A stretch of 64,000 nucleotides of DNA from Lingula anatina (GCA_051362555.1 CM120648.1:17356587-17420586); one strand, 5' to 3'. Shown: positions 10,750 to 22,211, counted from the first letter of the stretch. Notes: generated by a model not told the origin, from the sequence alone. Made by a program: numbers and translations.

Positions 10750-13018
10750 TACACACATTCACTCAGTTGTACACAAGTATTATACACACCAATGTGCATG
10801 CACACACACAAATATATGCACACCCAACCACACACACACGCACACACGCACACGCATGCACACCCTTACGAAAAAGTCCTATAGGATCCTATAAGATCCT
10901 ATAGGATCCTATAGGACTTTAGGATCCTATAGGCCCAATTATAGGATCCTATAGGCCCATATCCTATAGGACTTTTTCGTAAGGGCACACACACACTTGT
11001 TATACATGTATATATAAGCTATTAATGTGAATGATACCTTCTACCTCCTAATTTCAAACATTGCAGGGTGTTAAAACTCACCCCAGGTCACATGGCAGAG
11101 AGATCCCGGGTCACACGATGTTACACCATCCATTCCAAGGATAATAAGACCGCCAACCAGGTGCAGTAGATCTCAGTTCTTTATTTCCAGTGTGCTGTTG
11201 TTATGAAAGTGCAGTTAAAGAATTTAAAAATTGATTAACTGTTAACATTAAGATTACCTAATTTACAAACAGTGACTGTCATTTACTTTGCTAATTATAT
11301 TCCAATATATAGCTCTCATGTCACATGAGCTGCAGACTTTGACCTAATGTTGACATTGTCCTCATTTATACATTGACCTTGATCTAAATAGATTCTTTTT
11401 TTTATAATTTTATTGACATCACAAAACAAAACATACAAAACTACAGCACTAAACACATATTACAACATATATACAACAGACATAAACTAGCATACAGTAG
11501 ACTCATTGAACATTAACAGCACTAAAGAGGGGAGTGACAGCATACATTGCACAAAATAACAGTGAATATAAAACCTGAATAAAGCTACACATTACACAAA
11601 CTGATTAACATATATCTTAACATATAAACAAACAAACCAGCTTATAAGCATATATAAGTCGTACCGGAAGTTACACATTACAAAACTAACATTTATAATA
11701 TACCATAGTCACATTGGACACTTAACTCAATATACATTATTATGCCAATTGTCGGGACTAGCAGAAAGCATCACTTCCATTGTCACACATAACAACTAAC
11801 TACACATTATAAACCAACATATAAAGGTACAATAGTACATAGTAAATGGATTCTATTCCAGGATTCAGTGACATTTACGTCCTCAGGGAGAGTGGTGAAG
11901 AAGAGAATTAGTGAGGATATGTACTCTGACTGTATATTGGAGGTGAGAGGAGAGGAGTTTTGACACCTGCCCCCCCCCCTCTCCCCCCCCCCCCCCCCAG
12001 CACCACAACCACTGAAGGGTCCTGAACTGTCATTAGTCATCACCTGTACTCTCCCTCAAAGATGGAATAGGATTTTAAAAAAAATTTAAATTTGCACAGC
12101 ATTAAGCTGCAATCAATGAAACTAGGACATCTGTAGAATAATACATTTTACTTTACATTTTACTTTACTATTTAATTTATATGATTGTGGAATGAAAAGT
12201 TGAAGATATTCATCTTACCTGACATTCAAAAGCAAAATTTACTATAAACACAACTCTGTGCTTGTTGAATATTATATTAGTTTCAAATATAACCATAAAA
12301 ATTCAAATTGTAATGAATATAATGATGTATATTTTCACAGACAATACAGTCAGTCAACTATGAAAATGACCTTGACCTACTTATTGTGACCTCTGTCCAT
12401 CAAGATGATGAGGGTCTGAGTGGGCGTGTCTGTTTCCATGACAACCAGACTGGCAAGCTGCTGAAAGAAGTCCTGCTGGAAGAACCTTGGAAAGAGGTGA
12501 CCTGTTTTGAAAAAAAAAATGATGCAAAAAATATCTAAAAATATAAAAAAAATATTGTTACTTATGTACAAAGAGTGAGACATTAAGAATGAGAGATATT
12601 AAACCCTAGTCATAAATCATAATAAATTGAAATAATTTTGTTTTGAATTAAAGTTAAAAATTAAACAACTGAAAAACACTTTTGCAAAATCTCACTGAAT
12701 CATAATATTCAACATGAATAAAGACACCAACGCAATGTTAAAGCAAGCTTGATTGAACTCCATTTTTAAATATTCATAATTTACATTCTTTCTTTTTATT
12801 TCCAGTTCTGTGATCATGTAATTGAGGTAGACATGGACACAATAGTTCACACAGTGAAAGGTCCAATGAGGCTGTTTGGTTGTTATATGTACAGACTGGT
12901 TAGAGACACTGCCAAGGATGACGATAACAAAGATGATACGATAAAAACAAAACCAAAAAGAAATGTTGGGGTATCAAGGACTAGGCAAAGGACTAATTTA
13001 CGAACCAGCTCTAGGTAG
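235..13018 (+). CDS. DCAF17: DDB1- and CUL4-associated factor 17 orthologue, 3' part (10 coding exons; 5' exons lie upstream of the window)
   Basis: Exons 235-313, 661-750, 1068-1175, 1593-1692, 2198-2334, 4545-4654, 11067-11160, 11862-11942, 12341-12496, 12806-13018 (TAG). All have AG/GT boundaries with compatible phases. The spliced peptide (HLSWESD..SVARQ/AG..LAVFTVFPL../VFGHDVTDAMISQGLLVVMH..VRLYSFET/..GIPCNVNLK/..PPVLF..QLGGIPWHY../..FHPDDSGRIVHVGPNQLRVLKLT../..TSSGRVVKKR../..VNYENDLDLL..FHDNQTGKLLKEV../..FGCYMYRLVRD) follows recalled vertebrate DCAF17 motifs in order. Confidence 0.93.
661..750 (+). CDS. DCAF17: DCAF17 coding exon (AGFTHSPLMSLAVFTVFPLNIVAVMEVSKQ)
   Basis: gacAG acceptor, GTgggt donor, 90 nt, phase 0/0. 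Confidence 0.87.
1068..1175 (+). CDS. DCAF17: DCAF17 coding exon (VFGHDVTDAMISQGLLVVMHQGGGVRLYSFETVLLE)
   Basis: tctctAG acceptor, GTagag donor, 108 nt. Confidence 0.9.
1593..1692 (+). CDS. DCAF17: DCAF17 coding exon (GKQFNLSLQ...PDGIPCNVNLK)
   Basis: ctccccAG acceptor, GTaaga donor, 100 nt. Confidence 0.87.
2198..2334 (+). CDS. DCAF17: DCAF17 coding exon (EAPPVLFHVRCSEHNLQLGGIPWHYML...DKQHL)
   Basis: tccacAG acceptor, GTaatt donor, 137 nt; phase matches the previous exon. Confidence 0.9.
3090..3626 (-). pseudogene. 5'-truncated Tc1 (DD34E) transposase, C-terminal catalytic part, frame still open
   Basis: MRVRRLPGER..GGGSVHVWGAI..LQHDNPTLHTA..PARSPDANPIEHMW..QARGGHTRY; 34 residues between the D of HDN and the E of PIE. 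Lacks the DNA-binding domain and the first catalytic D. Confidence 0.9.
3625..4104 (+). pseudogene. Second inverted copy of the Tc1 transposase 3' half, with in-frame stops
   Basis: Same peptide as the left arm, but TAA at 3988-3990 and a TAG three codons later replace Gln and Trp. Confidence 0.88.
4545..4654 (+). CDS. DCAF17: DCAF17 coding exon (AEEGVLDME...FFHPDDSGRIVHVGPNQL)
   Basis: ctgcAG acceptor, GTgaga donor, 110 nt. Confidence 0.92.
4670..4900. repeat. Interrupted (CA)n/(CATA) microsatellite, left half
   Basis: Read directly from the sequence. Confidence 0.95.
5990..8230. repeat. Complex tandem repeat with higher-order structure
   Basis: A ~170-190-bp monomer containing CTAATAATCATCAGTTCTGTGAGTTTCATGAAAACAGGC..TTCTCCCTGAAATGTGCTTACAGTGTTAC is nested in larger units restarting at about 5990, 6635 and 7622 (TTATATAATCAACTAGCAAT..CCTGACAATCAAATCTGAGGAAAACCACTTATAT). 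Confidence 0.9.
8751..8962. mobile_element. MITE, PIF/Harbinger-like
   Basis: Imperfect TIRs CCCTTTACACTGGACGGCGTCCTTT / AAAGGACGCCGCCCCAGTGTAAAGGG with TAA/TTA flanks. Confidence 0.55.
8994..10012. mobile_element. Non-autonomous Tc1/mariner-type element with TA TSD
   Basis: TA|CTCTGAAGTATCGAATAAA ... TTTATTTGATACTTCAGAG|TA; subterminal direct repeats AATAA(A/G)(A/C)GTAC(T/C)GG at both ends. Confidence 0.75.
10594..10860. repeat. Interrupted (CA)n/(CATA) microsatellite, right half
   Basis: Read directly from the sequence. Confidence 0.95.
10863..10985. mobile_element. 123-bp MITE, EnSpm/CMC-like
   Basis: 25-bp perfect TIR CCCTTACGAAAAAGTCCTATAGGAT, CCC...GGG termini, 2-bp CA duplication on both sides, interior made of ATCCTATAGG repeats. 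Confidence 0.8.
11067..11160 (+). CDS. DCAF17: DCAF17 coding exon (RVLKLTPGHM...KTANQ)
   Basis: ttgcAG acceptor, GTgcag donor, 94 nt; completes the phase-2 Arg codon. Confidence 0.8.
11862..11942 (+). CDS. DCAF17: DCAF17 coding exon (DSVTFTSSGRVVKKRISEDMYSDCILE)
   Basis: ttccAG acceptor, GTgaga donor, 81 nt; TxSGRVVKK motif. Confidence 0.87.
12341..12496 (+). CDS. DCAF17: DCAF17 coding exon (TIQSVNYENDLDLL...LLKEVLLEEPWKE)
   Basis: ttcacAG acceptor, GTgacc donor, 156 nt. Confidence 0.9.
12806..13018 (+). CDS. DCAF17: DCAF17 last coding exon (FCDHVIEVDMDTIVHTVKGPMRLFGCYMYRLVRD...SSR*)
   Basis: tttccAG acceptor; open frame to TAG at 13016-13018. Confidence 0.88.
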   Translation, partial: FCDHVIEVDMDTIVHTVKGPMRLFGCYMYRLVRDTAKDDDNKDDTIKTKPKRNVGVSRTRQRTNLRTSSR

Positions 13019-16000
13019 CAAATGATGGATTTGAAATTGTTTTAGTATGTTAGCCTCATGGCAGAAACATATCAACTGTGAGATTTGGTCTCATTTCATT
13101 TAAAAAGTGCATTTTTCAGAGTTGCTAGCCTTACTGAAATAGTATCTATTTGAGTTGATTGAATTACCTTTTTCTGTCTGGTTTATTAAGTTCAGCCTAA
13201 TAACTTTCTAGTATGGTGCTCTTGTTGTCTTAATGACCAGTTAACTGAAAACTGAGGTGCAGAAAAACCCGTTTGCACAGTAGGTGTTTCTGCATACATT
13301 CAAAAAAGTTAACCTTTGATTATACCTCCATTTTCAGGAAGTCTTACAGATTTTTCAAGACCATGTTATCCATACGTTTACATATATTTTGAGCTGAAAT
13401 ATTGGCAACCTTGAACCTAAAATATTTTCTAAACACTGGCGTGACCAGTGTAAGTGAGGTTGCATTAGATATTTTATTTTTATTGTTTATATAAACGGCA
13501 GTTTCTAAGACAAAATAGGTTAATTGTTGTCTCATTCACAGTTATGCTAAAAATGTTGATCACGTGATCAGTAAGGTCCTTCAGTGAAGGGTTCAGCCAT
13601 CTTGCATTGTAGGTAAAACATGTTCAATCTCTTTGAACCATTTAATTACATTTAACTTGCAATTTTCACCTTTTTCAAGCCACTACTCTGATAACATCAA
13701 AATCGCGGGTGCGCTCTATGGTATTAATTCTATCAAAAAAAAAAAAAGGGAGGTATTTAGTGCAGAACGTGGATTGCAAAGGTGATGTCTTGGTCATTGC
13801 GTTAGAGAAGCAGAGTCTGCGTCACATCTAACACAATGTGGCTGTGTTTTGACCAGGTGTGTCGCACCAGTGCAATTATCAACACAAGTCTCTGTCACTG
13901 ATCATGGACATACATAGCCACCTGTTCAAGGGAAATTTATACACATTCATTTTGTGCATATAACATACAGTGTAATTTTATAATTGACATTATTTGCACG
14001 TCAAAGCTGATTAAAAAAATTGTTACCAAAAAGTTTTCTTTTTTTTGCTGTTGTTGAAATATTCTTATGTAAAGCACCTCAAATTTATAAATGTAATTAA
14101 GCAAGGGCCCAAAGGCGCGGCTGAACTAAGTCAGTATATGTATATTTATATGAAAGTGATAAAACTGTTCATGTTTTTTCGAAAATGTTAGTTTTCATGA
14201 ATAGAGAGTTTATCATGTACTGATATTGTAGACAACTACACGTGTCATTCTGACAGTCCGGCAGCTCATAGAGTCTGAAGTTTGGTTGCCCGAAGGTCTC
14301 ATGGCTATTCTTATCAAGATATGCCTTTCAAACAGCGTTGCTGTCAAAGTAATTTTCGGTCTAAGTTTGAGTAGCGATATCGAATATTTAGGAAAAAAAT
14401 CACCAGCCATCTTTTTTTCGTCATTTCCGGACCAGTAAACCTCCAAGCCGATGAACTTTCTGCTTGTCGAAGCGTTCACTTAAAGACTCTTTATACCATA
14501 AAAGAAGCACGTGTAAAGCCGTTCTGATACCGCGACGGAACGATCGTCTTTCGCTGTGTAATTTGAGGACCAAGCTATGATCCCACTGAGTATATGTACT
14601 GTGTTGTGCTTGTGATATCAGAGATAGTCCCAAAGAGGAGCAACCTTTAGAAAAGCCCACCCACAATGACAATTTTTTGGCGGGGGGCATAGTTGGTCGT
14701 GTGCCTTCCGTATCTTCGGTCCCATTTCACCCATACCAGCCAATATCATCAACAAAATGAAAAAAAGTAATTTCCCAATTCCTATACCGCAATTATTATA
14801 GATAAAGTGTACTTGTATGCCTTTTGACATTTGCTCATTGCAGCGAGGCTACAATATAAAATGTCCGCGTCGCGGCACCTCTGTAGAAAAAATATACATT
14901 CCAGTGCAGTGGCTTCAAGGCTTGTATTAAAACATAATCTGTTCATGCCACTGGGACCGTGACGAACAAGAATTGGACACCACTGCACTGGCTGTTTCAG
15001 CACCCTCTCTATCTCTTCATTTGCCTCACCCTAAGACGCAAGCCTGTAAACAAACAAATACGCACAGGCATGCTATTATGCATACGCGCGCCAGCTGTAA
15101 AACACGCTCACGCGCCAGCCAACAACCCCAAGTTTGAACCCAAGTCAATGTTTAGTTGTTAGAACAGAATACTATTGTATCTTTTACAAAGACGGAAAAT
15201 CCCTGTAAGCTAAAACTCGCGATTTATTATGTGAGATTGAATAAAGTTTTGCCCCGAGGGTTATTTGCTGTTAGTTTTGATATCGGAACTCACTGACTGA
15301 ATATACTGAACAAAGGTAGGATTACGTTTATTTGAGTCAAATAAAAATCAGATTCCAAAGGTCGGGAATGTTTGAGTGGCACTTGTGAAGGTAATCTAGA
15401 GTCGGGGAAGATCTTACTTCAAATTCTGCAATTGTTACATAGAAATAACCAATCTCGTCGTATACAGTGTCCTGTCATGACAGCGTTGAACTTCTCCAAG
15501 CAGGCGACATCCTTTGTAATGCCTTCCAGAAATATTAAGTTGGCCTTTTCACTCCAATTAGACGTAATACATTTATTTGAACAGTCGCAATCTATCACAA
15601 AAGATCACAGTGACAATTTAAAACAGGGTTATACCATTTGTTATCAATGTCTCTATCATTTGTATTGGAACGCTTTCTCTTCGGTCTCGGGTCATTGGAC
15701 TGCGTCAGCTTAGCGTGGTCAGTCAAACACTTTGTCCGTGGACTTTGTTATATTTAGATAAACATTGATTAAAAGTATTTGATATTAATTATCACCGCAA
15801 ACATGGGTCATACGCAACGATTAAAACGATCGACTTAGAAGACCCCGCCACTCTAGGCGATCTGAGAAGTAGTAACATTGCATTTTCACACTTACTAATG
15901 TTATATATGATACCACTGAGTTGCAATCATGCACCTCCGAAGTTTAAGCAGTATTTATTGAGAGTCTGTTTTAGTTGAAAATAAATATATATTCAGGGCG

Positions 16001-17773
16001 TGATAACTAGACCTTCCAAAAATATAAACTTTTTTCGATTATTTTATATTTTGCCACAATCAACAATTTTTTCTGAAACAAAAAGAAGTCTGAGGAAACA
16101 TTTATATAATGAGTTTGTTAGTTTGTTAATTAGTTAATAAGTTAGTTTGTGATTATGATTTCATGCATACTAGACAACCAATACTATCCTTCCTAATTTT
16201 TAAAGTGAACTGTTTCCAGTGTTGAAAATATCCGTGTCCAATATTCACGTATTTTTTAATAAGATAGATAAACTAAGTTCATTTCATGTTTGAACCATAT
16301 CTTGTTTTATTCTCATTTTGCTTCTGTTTTTGTATCTTTTTTACATCTAACTTTAAGCGGACTGTTTCTTTTCCTTATCATTACGAACACTTTCAGTGGA
16401 AATGCTATTTAAAATCCCCACGACTTTAATTTCCTCTATGAAGTAAAAAAGGGCGGAAATAGTTTGAGACCCGCATGTGCTTTGTGGTCCGACCCCTACA
16501 TTTTGTTGACACCTTCTGCAATATGTGGTCGATGTTTGCCTCCCTGTACAACTATTCCTCCAAAACAAGACTGTTATGCCTCTTTCTATTATTTCTTAAA
16601 ATCATATTTTCGCGTAATTGATATTTGCGACTCTTTCGACCATCTTGCGATTCCTTTTTTGAATATGTCAACATAATTACTTGTTTGACAATCGGATAAT
16701 ACGATTTAATGGACTTTTTCGAGCACACGGCATGTTTTTCCGTCCCAGATACGATAATATTTCTTCTCCAGGCAGGATTTGTCTGATATTTAATCTTTTA
16801 TTTATTTGAGCAAATAAAGGAAAGTAATTCAAAACTCTAGTTCTACACACTGCAATATTAGTATGGAGCTGATATGTAATGGGTTTTGGCCGAGGGCATT
16901 GCAAAGCTGAGATTCCCTGACCGAGCAAATAACGAGCACACCAGGTTTTTGCAGGTCAGCGGAAACATAGCTATAGCATAATATCAACTTAGGGCCTATT
17001 CCCATTGAAATGATCGATCTACATAGATCGATCCAACTCCGCAGGGACTCTGGCTGATTGCAATCAGTTTAACCGAGTAATATGCCTCCTCCTGACATTG
17101 AGAGCAATTCAGAAAAGCTGGTGATTCTACGACTACGTTGGTAACAAGGAAGGACGTGTTAACTACTGGTAGTTTGTTAAACTGATTGTATTCAGCGAGA
17201 TGAATTATGTGCATGTGTTCGTGTGTCTATGTGTTCGTGAGTGTGTGTGCATGTGTGCGTGTGGGGGGGTGGGTGTGTCTATGTTCGCGCTCGCGTGATT
17301 GTGTGTGATAAAAATGGGGGTCCGTCATTACTTTCTGTTGCAAGACTAACAATGTCAAATTTGATGACGACAGTCAACACATTTGATTCACTTTTACTTC
17401 ATTTATCAACTCTAAGTTTTTTTCTATATTTTTCGTTCATTTATTATTTTCATTGTCATCAACAATTCATTTGCCAGCTTTCTGGTGTCTTTTTCTTGTT
17501 TCTTTTCTTTCCTTTTTTTCATTCTGTTTTTTAAATATATTTTCACTGCTGTCAAGTCCGTTCTCATTATGAACCTACCTAGACACTGCACCGATGCCAT
17601 CTTGTCAAAATAATTATTCAGATCAAACTCTAATCCTGAGATTAAATATGCACTTATCTAAACCCTTCTCAAATCTTTTTCAATGCCTGCCAACAAATCA
17701 CCCGGGCCATGCTACTTCAGGAACAGAGGAGCGGTGGTCGACATTGTGGTCGTTTGTAGAAAGTGGATGAAGC

Positions 17774-18096
17774 CACAAGGAACGCACTTGAGATCGTTAT
17801 TCCAGCGGGGACAAACTCCTACATCATTATTGACAAACATAGTTACACTTGTCCCCCAATGAGAGATGATGTGACAAAGAATGAAATCCGTGTCGTGTAA
17901 ACTGTATATCAACAAAGACTAACATGGCGTCCCTTGTTCTCTTCTCTGGGGACTGTCACCTGTCACATTGTCCCTCTCGCTCTCAATGTCCTGTCATACT
18001 GAGAGTACAGCTATCATAACAACACTGCAAATCCTTCTTTCCTTAACAGTTACAGTTTGAACGACTTTCTAATCCGCCACCTGACTCTGGGTGGTC
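17774..18096 (+). repeat. Left arm of a 323-bp inverted duplication (partner 22212-22534)
   Basis: Reverse complement of 22212-22534 with about 5 mismatches counted by eye; weaker similarity extends outward to ~17600. Confidence 0.92.
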
Positions 18097-18348
18097 TAAG
18101 TAATGGGAAATATTACAGATATCCGATTTTTTTTGTTGGTAGTGAGACTCAACTTTAATTGGTTTTTGGACATTAATCCTGCACCTGTGGCTCTTCAAAT
18201 GCAACACTTGAGTGGATCTTTAAGTGGTACAAGACGGTGATTCCGTACAGATGAAAGTGAAATCTAAACTCATGGATTGGGGGACATGGGAGGAGTCTAC
18301 AGTGCACCTGCACATTGCATCATGGTTTATTTCGTAACCGACTGCTGA

Positions 18349-18606
18349 TGTGACGACGTTACTGACTTTGTCTTGGTGGCGCGAGGTAATAACTAAACAA
18401 TTCCATGTTTTCCCATATCCTTTATTATCGCTTTCTAACTACGCTATCTATAGTTTATTCCTCTACGTTCAACTTCTTACATCGTTCTCCCCGTCTACAT
18501 TACATTCTTCGCTTAAGTACAATAAGGTCGTGTCAATCAACTAAAGTGACACTACAAAACACTCCCCGCTCTTATTCGCTGCACGCTGTCACTTACTAAC
18601 GTTACA
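18349..18606 (-). repeat. 3' LTR
   Basis: TGTGACGACG...AACGTTACA; no difference seen from 21316-21573. Confidence 0.93.
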
Positions 18607-21299
18607 TTATCTCCCGGGGACGATATGCCTGTCCCCAGGCATATTTAAAATTAAAATATACATTAATTTAAAATAAACTTTCTTAAACACTGCATTTGTC
18701 TTTTATCATAAATTCATGCAAAACAAAACTAAGTACATAGATTTTGTATTATAAACCTACTATAAGATAGAAATAAAATTGACATGAAACCCCAAATATA
18801 ACTTAAAGGAAGATAGATTGATAAATTTTTATGAAAATACAAGTGTTCGTGGATATATTTCGTATCGGCATTTACACCTTTCAATGTGCGGCTCAAGAGC
18901 ACAGATGTTTTTATTTGTTTTCTCCGCGCGGATGTTTAAATCTGTTACTCTCTTATTGTGGCTCTGACACATTTTATTATATAATTTCTCTCTTTCGTTT
19001 GCCATATGAGATGTTCTTGGGATGCACTACGTGAGACAATAGGGCCGATCACTCCCTGTCCAATGAACAGCAGTCACCACAACGTTGCGACCAGCGCATC
19101 GTTCATGATGAAGTACTTGTTCATCATCATATTTGTCCACACTGTAGCGCTCTCTTTTGATGGTTATAAGAGAAACAATTGTTTTATAGCAAATTCAATC
19201 CACGATTAAACAAAACGTACCGAAAAAATAATTAAGTAAGAATCTTCCTTAATGCATATCATCAGTTTCACGTCATCATCTTTATAAAAGTTAAGTACAT
19301 TGTTCCTATACCAATAACTGTATAGTTAAATACCAATAACTAATAATTATAAGACCGACAAACTGAACAAAGATGTATTATTAATACTAAAATTTAATAT
19401 TTAATATTTAATATTCAACATACAATACTTAACGTGTCATTATAACCACATGCAATAACATATAAATCAAAGTTAACTCGTAAAATTTAAAGTTCATATC
19501 CATTCAAATGAAAAGTTCCATTTGGTATAGTCCGTTATATCCTCCATTTTTGAATTTTAGCACAAAAGTTCAGTTAGCATATAATGTCAAATCCGTCCTT
19601 CTAGACAGTGCATAGCGATTGTCATCTGCCACTCATTGTATATGGATAAAGGTCTTATTCGCGCACGTTGGCATACGTGTAGATAAATGTTCACAGATTC
19701 CTGTGTATCCACGAATGTTCATGTCCAGCGTTTACGAATTTATCCAAATGAATGAAGCAGAAATGCATGTCAATAAAAACTTAACTACTTATATTATAAC
19801 AATCATCATCAAACTTGAATACAGTCACATTTAACAGGCAAGATTTTAACTTGCCATGGTATTATCCATCCAAAATATTATGATAACAATAAAACATATA
19901 TGGAACCATGCTAATAATACGATAATTTTTCCAACAATAATACTTATGCTAATAATAAAAATAATAATAACGCAATCTGGCGTCCCAGATGCTAATATTT
20001 ATCTGGCGTCCCAGATTTTAGTATTTATATGACGACATGCGCACACTTTTATACCTCAACTCCACATATTCAGTTATCCATAACCACATTGACATCCGTC
20101 ACATCTTAATCATTTTATTCATCACAATATATCAAATAATATTCAAATAAGGTCATTTATCCTTGCAACATTTATACTCATTAACTCATTTGTTCCACTC
20201 GATCTTTTGATTGCCAATATAACCACATTATCAACTGACAAGATCATTTTAAGAAGATCATTGAAATGCCAGTGATTAGGACTTTAATTAAGGCAATTGA
20301 TCGAGAAACTATTCTCCAATTTTATTCTTCGCAACTCAAAAACATAATTTTATTGAAGGGACTTCCAATAACGTAGATTAATCATAATCTTAATATTTGC
20401 TTGTCACCTTCAAAGGTGCATGCGCATTATCGATGATGTTTGACATTGCAAGGGGGTAGTGGGCGAAACAGAAGGGGTATTCTTATGAAAAGAATTATGA
20501 TTCATCATCTGAAATTACGCAGACTGTAAGTCCAGGAGCCCTAAACCGAAAAAAAGGTGCAATAATAATTAGTATTGCCTGAAATTAAAATGAATGCCAT
20601 TTAAGTGTCGTATCCTGTAAAAGAAAATTAAAAACTCGTTAAGATGGATATCAAAATTACAAGGGTAGGCAAACAACGAAAAATTCATTCGCTGCCTGGC
20701 TAACCTGAAAAAAAAACTATTTTATCAATATTGATTAGTGCAACATTTTTGTTCAAGTCTACAACAAAATATTTTCAAATGCAGTTCTCCGTCTTGTCAC
20801 GAATTTTTCAACAGTGAAGTGAGATATCTCAGTTGTTGGAATCTCTTCAAACATTCCGCAACCTGTAAAATTCTTAAGGTCAATAGATGCATAAAATGTA
20901 AACGGAAACGAATTTACTTTATAAACATTAGACGTATAAAAAATGAATAATGTTTACATTTATCTAAATTAGCAGGTATCGGAAAATATAAGACATACAA
21001 TATATATTCACCAAACAAATTTTACGTGTTGTTTCATAACAAGTCTACAACCACTTCAAATTATTTCTTTAATCAATACTCACACTTACTTACGTGAATC
21101 TTTTACGGAATCTGAGGGAAAATGAGGGACAGCCATATAGCCGCTGAACTCCTAATAGTATTGGCCTTCCATTTTATGTTTGTCCAATACCAATCTCCCA
21201 TCTAGATACTTTAGCCTGTTCGCCTGCGTATTTTCGTCTAGTGATCGTTCTCTCTCTTTCCGACAAGACTCATGATGTCAAACATCTATGTTTATATTT

Positions 21300-21313
21300 C
21301 GCATCCTCCACCA
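21300..21313 (-). other. Primer-binding site complementary to the tRNA-Ala 3' end
   Basis: Minus strand TGGTGGAGGATGCG, 2 nt inside the LTR, is complementary to ...CGCATCCTCCACCA, the 3' end of metazoan tRNA-Ala(AGC) isodecoders. Confidence 0.8.
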
Positions 21314-21315
21314 TT

Positions 21316-21573
21316 TGTGACGACGTTACTGACTTTGTCTTGGTGGCGCGAGGTAATAACTAAACAATTCCATGTTTTCCCATATCCTTTATTATCGCTT
21401 TCTAACTACGCTATCTATAGTTTATTCCTCTACGTTCAACTTCTTACATCGTTCTCCCCGTCTACATTACATTCTTCGCTTAAGTACAATAAGGTCGTGT
21501 CAATCAACTAAAGTGACACTACAAAACACTCCCCGCTCTTATTCGCTGCACGCTGTCACTTACTAACGTTACA
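21316..21573 (-). repeat. 5' LTR
   Basis: Direct repeat of 18349-18606, adjacent to the PBS. Confidence 0.93.
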
Positions 21574-21643
21574 CTGATAACTACTTCTACACTCACTAGA
21601 GAAATGAACTTCTAATTATTTTCGAGCTTGTATAAATACATAA

Positions 21644-21687
<44 letters not shown>

Positions 21688-22211
21688 ATAGAAAAAAGTA
21701 TTATAAGGTAAACATTCATTTTGCCAATAAAGATATAAAATATAAATATCGGGGAAATTCTATGGTAAAAACTTGTTTTAAAAGAAGTAAGAATTGAATA
21801 AGTTGAAGACTTTGTATTTAAAAGAGACTTTGTATTAAAAAGTGAAGCCTAAAGAAGTAAATAAAGAAAAAGAATTACAAGGAAGCAGATAGATAAACAA
21901 ACGTGTAAACTAACAACAGGAATTGACAAATGATTTGATAAATGAAGAAGACAAGGGGAGAAACTATGGACAGACACACGAGATTAATTTTTTAAACCAG
22001 TTAATATTATGAAACGTTTGTGAGATGTTGTGACCTCCTATTTGCTGCAATTGCTAATTCGGGCCAATTTTTGGTTCATTCTAATAATACATTAATTTCT
22101 TACCTTTCATGCGTTTATCAATAAGCATTTCGCACCACAATTATCTGTGTATATCTTATGTCATAAAATGAAGATATCTCGAACTGATGTAAGGGTATAC
22201 CTCGTTCTGTC

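Larger units (their letters stand above)
18349..21573 (-). mobile_element. Non-autonomous LTR retrotransposon (gypsy-like ends), no gag/pol
   Basis: 258-bp TG...CA direct repeats at 18349-18606 and 21316-21573, 4-bp TSD CTGA (18345-48, 21574-77), PBS on the minus strand next to the right LTR, short purine run GGGAGATAA before the left LTR, and no retroelement ORF in the 2.7-kb interior. Confidence 0.92.

Noticed and set aside
14095-15200. CpG-richer, transposon-looking block after the DCAF17 3' UTR
   Set aside because: No matching termini, TSD or recognisable ORF found, so it cannot be supported as a feature.
15372-15713. 113-aa ORF
   Set aside because: Non-ATG start, no recognisable domain and no splice-consistent partner exons.
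18350-18599. Short ORFs repeated at 21272-21566
   Set aside because: They lie within the two LTR copies and are not genes.
21300-21313. tRNA-Ala gene
   Set aside because: Only 14 nt matching the tRNA 3' end including CCA, so it is a primer-binding site rather than a tRNA gene.
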